A stretch of 57,466 bases of DNA, the filler included, from Diploschistes diacapsis (taxonomy: Eukaryota): NCBI GenBank assembly GCA_023645945.1. It is 5 parts of 5 records of this genome, joined end to end, with 100 filler letters (N's around TTAATTAATTAA, not from the genome) between each part and the next. Parts side by side here need not be neighbours in the genome. Positions count along the whole stretch, not along the records: positions 46,078 to 57,466 come from JALAIB010000837.1; 4 more parts are not named here. One strand, written 5' to 3'. Under the pieces are notes generated by a model, which saw nothing but the letters and a program-made list of their open reading frames with translations, did not search any database and was not told where the DNA came from. Positions 50,216-57,466 of the stretch are shown here, piece by piece. The translations under genes were made by a program, and so were the position numbers. The first letter of the stretch is position 1, and each line of letters begins with the position of its first letter.

Positions 50216-52912
50216 ATGGCGGAGTCAGCAAGCGGCCATCTCGACCTTGAGAAAGAGTTGGCCTGCTCGATATGCACCGAAGTTCTCTATCAACCCCTGA
50301 CCTTGCTGGACTGTCTTCATACATTCTGTGGGTCTTGCTTGAAGTTCTGGTTCCAATGGCAGGCATCCCAGAACAGGGATCCTCGGAAGAACCCCTACAC
50401 TTGCCCGTCATGTCGCGCTTCGGTGAGAGCGACAAGCTCGGATGCGAAGATTAACACTCTGCTGGAGATGTTCTTGCTCGCAAATCCTGGAAAAGGGAAG
50501 ACAGAAGAAGAGAAGAAAGAGATTGATGGCAAATACACTCGAGGCGAGAATGTCATGCCCCGACCGGAAGCTGTGCGGGATGAGCTAGGCGAGGCTGATC
50601 GGAGGATGGTCGAAGAGGTTAGGGTGATGAGCTTGAGGAATTTGGATGGAAGGGGGCACCAGCATGGCTATGAAAGAGGCGTTCGACATCGACACCGCAG
50701 TCGGGAAAGAAGGCAAGCTAGTAGCGGTGGAGCCACGGAGAGAGCCAGCAGTTCAGTCGATTCAAGATCGCAAGCGCGGCACATCGAGCACCAATCAAGC
50801 CTGCGCTCTTTGATCAGCGCTGATGAAGTTAGCGCTGCTGAGATGGAAGAAGAGATATTACGGCAAATTGCCGAGGAGGGTCTTCTCGATGGAATCGATC
50901 TCCACAACATGACTGCTTCTCAAGAGGATGAACTCAGTGAAAGGATCGCCGATGCATATCGGCGTCGTCATCACCGAGGCCCACATTCGCCGCGGAATTA
51001 CAACGTCAATTCAGCTAGAGTAATTCTATCACCGCCAGATAGTGCTGCTAGAGCAGCTGCATCATCATCTAGTCGACGACATGCGATGTCCACAAGCGCA
51101 AGTGAGGAAGCTGGCCGCCTGAATCCTCCGGTATCGCGTCCTCATCTACTTGACACGGACATTTCGAGTCAAGGACAAAGAAGAAGAGTGTCTAGCGAGA
51201 GGCGGCACCAAACCTCTCCAGTGCCAAGAGCACCTCCAGTCTCCCAGCAAGCGGCCCGATCTGCCACCGATCTGTCGACCGGCCAGAGGAGTACTACAAA
51301 TCGAGACCGACGGCCCGTCGAGCTAAGCTCACATGATAGGAGGAGCTCAGAGCCACGCACGCGCGTTCGCCGGTCAAGTGACGGAGCAGAGAGGCGGAGG
51401 AGAGACGGTCCTTTGATTCCTCCTTCAGCTATTTCACCTGGAGATGCTCAATCCAGGCAAAACGAAGTGGCACAAGAAGTCGACAACCGGAGACCTAGTG
51501 CATCAGCTCCAGAGGTCGTTGATGGAGAGCCCACGATCTCAGAAGCGGCACGTCAATCCAGCGCACTTCAGCCACGGCCACTACCGTCTGCAGCTCAAGA
51601 GACCTCGATACCTGTGTCAGCTTCTGGTACAAATGCGAGAAGCAAACCGCCGGCGTATCCCGAGCCAATCGTCAAGTGCGACAGATGCGAAAAGAACAAT
51701 TTGCAATACGAGCAACATGCACATTGTGCAATCTGCAACAACGGCACCTACAATTTGTGTAATCGCTGCTACAGGGAGGGCAAAGGCTGTTTGAATTGGT
51801 ACGGATTCGGCAACCTTGCCTGGCATCGCTTCCAGAGAGGCATATCTCACCAGGATCCTCCACACGCCCTAATAGGCCGGCAATACCTGAAACCGCACCC
51901 AGCTAGCGTCCAAACCTCTTCAAACGCAGATGACCCATTAATGACGACTGAAGACCCCTCCAAGCGTCTCCTCTCCGGCGCCTTCTGCTGCAACTGCTCC
52001 GCCTACGCCTCCGACTGCTTCTGGCACTGCAATTTTTGCAACGACGGTGAATTCGGCTTCTGTAACACGTGTGTCGACACGGGCCAATGCTGCACTCATC
52101 CCCTCCTCCCTATTGCCCAAATATCCGCTGCCAAATCCCAGACCTCCTTCCCCTCTACCCACACAGAAGCCACCTTCGCCCCCATCACTTCCCCCTCCAT
52201 GATGCACACCTACCCTCCCTCCAACATCGCCGCTTCGGGCCAGTATCGGCCACTAACCTTCAGCAACCCCTGCGATATCTGCCACTATCCAATCCAGCCC
52301 AGCTCGAGCCGGTACCATTGCTACACGTGCAACGCAGGCAACTACAACATCTGCACGCTCTGCTACTCCAAGCTCGTCAGCTCAGGCCGCATCTCAAGCG
52401 AGGACGGCGACAAGGGCTGGCGCCGTTGCCCCAAGGCGCACCGGATGATCAAGTTCTTCTTCGAGGATACGCCGCACGGCCAGCGGCGCATCATCGTTAA
52501 CGACCTCGTGGGCGGCCTCTTTCTCGAGGACCGCCAGGGCCAGGGCCAGGGCGAGTGGAGCTGGACCGAGACCAACGGCCAGCGCCGCACCAAGAGTCTC
52601 TCTCGCAGGCTGTTCGAGGACTCGCCCGGGCCGGGAGGCGCCGCCTCGTCGTCAACGGCTGCGGCTACGGCGGGCAGTACGATGATGACGATACAAAAGC
52701 TTCCGCCGGACGGTGGCGTCGGGATGCATGCCGTGGCGCTGTATGCGAGGGTCCCGGCGGAGGGTGCGCGGGACGAGCTGGGGTTTCCGCGGGGCGCGGA
52801 GGTCAGAGAGGCGGTGGAGGTGTCGCCGGAATGGTACCAGGGGGCGTATGCGGGCCAGAAGGGCCTCTTTCCGATCAACCACGTCAAGGTGATTAGGGTT
52901 GTGAATATGTGA
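50216..52912 (+). CDS. RING finger protein with ZZ-like zinc fingers and C-terminal SH3 (putative E3 ligase)
   Basis: N-terminal C3HC4 RING (CSIC...CLHTFCGSC...CPSCR), three Cys clusters (e.g. CDIC...RYHCYTC...YNICTLC), and SH3 (AVALY...DELGF...WYQG...GLFPINHV). Confidence 0.9.
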   Translation: MAESASGHLDLEKELACSICTEVLYQPLTLLDCLHTFCGSCLKFWFQWQASQNRDPRKNPYTCPSCRASVRATSSDAKINTLLEMFLLANPGKGKTEEEKKEIDGKYTRGENVMPRPEAVRDELGEADRRMVEEVRVMSLRNLDGRGHQHGYERGVRHRHRSRERRQASSGGATERASSSVDSRSQARHIEHQSSLRSLISADEVSAAEMEEEILRQIAEEGLLDGIDLHNMTASQEDELSERIADAYRRRHHRGPHSPRNYNVNSARVILSPPDSAARAAASSSSRRHAMSTSASEEAGRLNPPVSRPHLLDTDISSQGQRRRVSSERRHQTSPVPRAPPVSQQAARSATDLSTGQRSTTNRDRRPVELSSHDRRSSEPRTRVRRSSDGAERRRRDGPLIPPSAISPGDAQSRQNEVAQEVDNRRPSASAPEVVDGEPTISEAARQSSALQPRPLPSAAQETSIPVSASGTNARSKPPAYPEPIVKCDRCEKNNLQYEQHAHCAICNNGTYNLCNRCYREGKGCLNWYGFGNLAWHRFQRGISHQDPPHALIGRQYLKPHPASVQTSSNADDPLMTTEDPSKRLLSGAFCCNCSAYASDCFWHCNFCNDGEFGFCNTCVDTGQCCTHPLLPIAQISAAKSQTSFPSTHTEATFAPITSPSMMHTYPPSNIAASGQYRPLTFSNPCDICHYPIQPSSSRYHCYTCNAGNYNICTLCYSKLVSSGRISSEDGDKGWRRCPKAHRMIKFFFEDTPHGQRRIIVNDLVGGLFLEDRQGQGQGEWSWTETNGQRRTKSLSRRLFEDSPGPGGAASSSTAAATAGSTMMTIQKLPPDGGVGMHAVALYARVPAEGARDELGFPRGAEVREAVEVSPEWYQGAYAGQKGLFPINHVKVIRVVNM

Positions 52913-53203
52913 AAGAGATGGTTACGAGGACGATATATGTGGGATGGCTTATGAGTTATGTTTTAACGGTGGTGATGTAGTGGATGGGACGCGATGTTTT
53001 GGGTATGTTTTGTTCAAAGGTTATCATTCGTATGGCTGAGCACGCACAGATGCTTTGATATGCCACATCATTCTTCCCCAGATATAACAAAAGAATGTTT
53101 TCCCACCCAACTCCTTGACTTTACCCGCTTTTCTAGAAACCCCGTTTTCTACGAACCCATGACATCTATCTTAACGTTCCCCAACCGCGGAAGTCATCCC
53201 AGC

Positions 53204-55690
53204 CTACGACCTCCTCTTCGCCAAAAGATTCAACGCACTCCCCGCCAGTATGAACCCCGCCTGGTCCTTGGAAATATTGTGCCTCGTCCTAATCTCCCTC
53301 GCGCTTCCATCCCTCTTCTTCGCCACCAGTACCACGTCACCCCTGGCCCCGTTCCGCAGCATATGATACAGCCCCACCGTCTCCACCTCGTCGCAGGCGC
53401 CGATCAGCGCATAATCATCTCTGTCCGCAAACGTCAGCGGCACAACGCCCTGCTTCTTCAGGTTCGTCTCGTGGATCCGCGCGAAGCTCTTTGCGAGGAT
53501 GATGCGCCCGCCCAGGTAGCGCGGCTGGAGCGCCGCATGCTCGCGCGCGCTGCCCTCGCCGTAGTTGTCCTCGGCCACGACGAGCCACTCTTTGCCCTGC
53601 GCCTTCCACTTCGCAGCCAGGTCGGGGATGCTGCTTCGGGGCGACAGCGGGTCGAAGTGGTCGTAGGCGACGTTCGTTTCGCCCGTCTCGGCGTTGACGG
53701 CGCCGATCAGGGTGTTGGCGCTGATGTTCGGGAGGTGGCCCTTGTATTTGAGCCAGGGGCCCGCAGCGGAGATGGTGTCTGTTGTGCATTGGCCTTGGAC
53801 TTTGTAGAGGACGCGCAGCCCGGTGAGTTCACGGGAGGGGAAGGGGGGGAAGGGCTTAAGGGCGGCGAGGCGGGAGGAGGCGGCTGAGATGTTGATGGGT
53901 TGGCTTGAGTCGGGCTTTGCGGCTGTGGGCATCAATGTTTCGTTGCCTCGAGCGAAGCCGGCGGGCGGTAGTTCGACGCCTTGCGGAGGGGCGAACTGGA
54001 AGGTTTGGCCGTCTGCAGTCTTAAGGGAGTCGGTCATTGGGTTGAAGGTCGTGCTGCCTGCGTACGACATGGCGGTAACGATTTCTGGCGAGGCCAGGAA
54101 GTTCATGGTGGCTGGGTTGCCGTCGTTGCGGCCTTTGAAGTTGCGGTTGTATGAGGAGAGGATGGCATTGGTCTCGCCTTTCGAGACGCCGTCCGTTCTT
54201 TTCCATTGACCTATGCATGGCCCGCAAGCATTCGCGAGCACAACTGCACCGGCATCCGAGAATGTTTTCAAAGTCGAATCTCGAGAGAGCGTTGCGCGAA
54301 TCTGCTCGCTTCCTGGAGTGACGAAGAAGTCTGCTTTCGGCTTCAGACCAGCGGCAGATGCTTGCTTGACCAAGTCCTCTGCTCGCGTCATGTCCTGATA
54401 AGAGCTGTTTGTACACGATCCAATAAGGCCAGCGCCGAAGGTCTCCGGCCATCTGTTCGCTTGTACAGCAGTTTTGAATTCCGAGAGGGGGTTACAGAGG
54501 TCGGGCGTGAATGGTCCGTTGATATGAGGCTCTAGATCTGAGAGGTTTATTGTTATATGCTGGTCATACTCCGTGTGTGGATCTGCAGTGATTAGGTTGT
54601 GAGTTGATGGACTTTGAGCAATTTTTAGCGCCTGTCTAGCTACGGATTCCCGATGGGTCGACGACAGGTACGACTGCATGCTTTCTGTGAAGGGGAAAAG
54701 GGACGTGGTGGCGCCTACTTCTGCGCCCATGTTGCAAATAGTAGCCATGCCCGTACAGCTCAAGCTTGAAACCCCTGCTCCAAAATACTCTATCACAAAG
54801 CCAGTCCCACCTCGTGCAGTGAGGAGTCCAGCTAATTTGAGGATAACATCCTTGGGTGAAGCCCATCCATTCAATTCTCCGACGAGCTCGACACCAAGGA
54901 TTCTCGGAGCTTTGAGTTCCCATGGTGCATCCACAAGTGCGTCGACCGCGTCTGCTCCCCCCACCCCAATGGCTATACTGCCTAGGCCTCCTGCATTGGG
55001 GGTATGGCTGTCGGTTCCGAGCATCATTAACCCTGGAGCAGCGTAGTTCTCGAGCACAGTCTGATGTATAATGCCAGCACCGGGGGGCCAGAATTCAATC
55101 CCATATCTCTTCGACGCAGACTCCAGAAAGTCGAAGACCTCTTTATTGCCGCTGATGGAGGAGGATAGGTCGACATCGGCACCGCGTTCCCCAACTATCA
55201 TATGATCGCAATGTATGCTCGCCGGGACTGCAGTTGACAGTAGACCGCAGGACATGAACTGCAGTAAGGCCATCTGCGCAGACGCATCCTGCATCGCAAC
55301 CCGGTCGGGCTTGAGCTTGAGGTTCGCACTGCCTCGTATGTCCTTGCCATTTTGCGTGTTCGACAGTAGCGAGTCCTCGGGGTTGTCGATATGGGAATAC
55401 AGTATCTTCTCCGCCAGACTTAATGGTCTTTCGGAGCCAAGTATCCTTCTCACCGCCGCTAGGCGTCTCAGTATGTGTGGGTAGGGAGGTGTTCTCGATG
55501 TCACATCGCTTTGCGTTGGCGAAGTCGAGCTAGCCTCGCTCGCAAAGTACCGCGCAAGGTGGGCACTGCAGAGGTAATGGGATTTCGCACGCTTTCAATG
55601 TCAGTTGGCTTTGATTGGGAATAGGCCAAGTGTATGTTCTACCTTTGGTAAACAGGCTTGAAGAATTCCAAGGCCAGAGCGACCCCTCAT
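53204..55690 (-). CDS. ACO2: Mitochondrial aconitase-family protein, ACO2 type (putative homocitrate dehydratase)
   Basis: PDRVAMQDASAQMA, IHCDH, GIIHQ, GTDSHT, IGSCTNSSY, NACGPCIGQW, CTTDTISAAG, NYGEGSAREHAA. QDASAQ, TTDTIS and GEGSARE resemble ACO2 rather than ACO1. Upstream exon from ATG 55690 via an intron at about 55592-55642. Confidence 0.9.
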
Positions 55691-55914
55691 GGCGCACCTC
55701 GAGCTCTTGTGGCGCGGATCGTGCAGCTTAATCTCTGGATTCTGCCCCTATCCCGTACTTATATCTTCAATATCTATAGTCTTCAGTGCAGTCCATTACG
55801 ATTGAAGCCGACTGCAAGTTATGTCGCTATATACGAATAGCATCTATCGCGAGTGAGGGAAAAATAATATCATGGGTCGGCAAGGAGCCTCCAATTTCCT
55901 AAGCGAAGCAGTGA

Positions 55915-57466
55915 GTATTAAGTAAAAAATCTACTTTTAAAAAAGGCTATTAAAGAAAAAAAAAACGATTAATTTAAGCTAGTTCAGTTTAGTTTAATAT
56001 AATTAATAAATCATTTTAGATTTTTAATAATTAATTAATTAATAATTTTGAGCGTCACTTTAGGAGTTAACTTCTTATTTACGGGTTTTTTCTACGCCCA
56101 TTGTTTGAAACGCCAGCGCAGGAATGGGATACTACACTACCGGGGGCTGGGCCTGATCCGGAAGGATTACGTGTAGCTAGACATCTGTAGGTAAAAGGTC
56201 TCGATTCGAAAAGCTAGAGAAGAAATTATCTAAATAGGAAGATGGTAGGAATAAATAGTGTGTAAATACTAGCTTTATAAGGTTCGGGTCTTACCTACCT
56301 ATATAATCGTCTTTTAATATTCTTGGCACGATTAATATTTATTATATGATCTTGCCGTTATATGATCCCGGTGGTTTAATAGGCGTTTAAATTAATTTAT
56401 TTTATTATTCTTTTTTTTAAATCTTTATATTTCTTATAAATACTATGTTTTTTTAAGATAATTTATATCTCGATTTCTTTTTTATTACTATATTTGTTTA
56501 AAAGGATATCCGTTGTTCTTTCGTAATTAATGTTTCATTTTTTTTAAACTTTTTTCAGCGTTGTTTTTAATCAAATACGTTTTTAGATTTTATAGGAAAG
56601 CGCGGTCGTCGTAATAATCGATATCCTTTTATCTTAAAGGTTCGCTCCCGTTTATAGTCTTTATTAACGTCGGCTCACTGTCCTTAAGTACTATTAATTA
56701 CGGAGGTTTTACTTTTTCGGGGTTTACTTAATTGTAATAAGGACGAGGCTTGGTGGATGAATTGTATTGATAAAAGAGGATGGGCCCTTCTAAAAGACTA
56801 TAGCCTCTTAGCCCAAGCAACGCCAAGCCTATCTAATCCTATCAAGACCACATGCCGGTCCCGTGATAATGCCCCTTTCTTAAAAGGTTATTGCTTCAAT
56901 AACTTCTATATCTTTACTTTCTAAAAGTATATCTATAATTATAGGCAATCTAGAAAGCAACTCGATAGTAACTTTCAGGCCAACGCGCCATATTTGTAAT
57001 TCCGAAAAAACTAAAAGCCTATATAAACTTTTAATTATAAAAGCTTAAAAGCTAACGTTCAAAATATGCTTAATAAGTCTTTTATAACAATTCTCGAAGC
57101 TGTTTTATGTTTCAGCTTTATATTAATTAACTTTAAAGCTGCCTGTTGCCGCTAAACATAGATTTCTATTTACCTGACATTTTAAAATCTTATCTTCTAT
57201 CTTCCTATAATAATTCCTTCGTAGAACCTTTAGGTCTTTTTTAAATATCTGTTTACTATAGAGCCTACTGCTATTCCTACCTTTATATGCGCTCGTAAGT
57301 GTCGATAAGTTCTATAATATATCCCAGTTTTTTAATATTGATTTATATATTATGCTTAAATGAATATTCTAGCCATTTAATTAAATATTCCGTAATATAA
57401 CTTCTATCTCTTTTATACCTTTTCTTTACTAATAACTTTTCGATCTCGAAATGTTCCTCTTACTTA
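55915..57466. mobile_element. AT-rich RIP-degraded repeat region including an LTR-like copy at 56106-56390
   Basis: Abrupt fall in GC, TpA excess and no ORF of 60 aa or more. 56106 TGAAACGCC and 56382 GGCGTTTAA form an 8/9 inverted terminal match. Shares sequence with 34705-34910. Confidence 0.7.

Noticed and set aside
52994..53887. 297-aa + strand ORF and other long ORFs overlapping GC-rich genes
   Set aside because: Antisense shadows of the aconitase and other high-GC3 genes, with no independent protein features.
46078..55690. Transporter, EBP and other contig 5 genes as part of the RiPP cluster
   Set aside because: They lie across an artificial spacer on an unlinked contig and are ordinary housekeeping genes.

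Overview
Eukaryotic DNA from a filamentous ascomycete (Pezizomycotina; short GT-AG introns with CTAAC/CTGAC branch sites and RIP-like AT-rich repeat relics). The window is not one locus. It holds five ~11.4 kb contigs joined by an artificial 100-nt spacer (44 N + TTAATTAATTAA + 44 N) at 11438, 22958, 34468 and 45978. Recognisable genes are DPM2, CWC22, a mitochondrial rhodanese, a haspin kinase 3' end, an equilibrative nucleoside transporter, an EBP-family protein, a RING-zinc finger-SH3 protein, an ACO2-type aconitase, a tandem-PHD protein and a multi-pass membrane protein. Many genes are decayed, including two NLR-like genes, a methyltransferase, an F-box gene, a DUF1857-like gene and an HNH nuclease. 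The highlight is contig 4 (34568-45977). It carries an intact, intron-containing gene (37161-37648) for a 145-aa secreted Kex2-processed repeat protein with six copies of EVAKR-(D/E)EDSS(D/N)YIYAYRPK, a candidate dikaritin-type fungal RiPP precursor. I recognise no DUF3328/UstY tailoring gene on that contig. The gene lies behind a foldback repeat, in a 9.3 kb island of pseudogenes bracketed by two inverted copies of the same transposon end, one RIP-mutated and one nearly intact.
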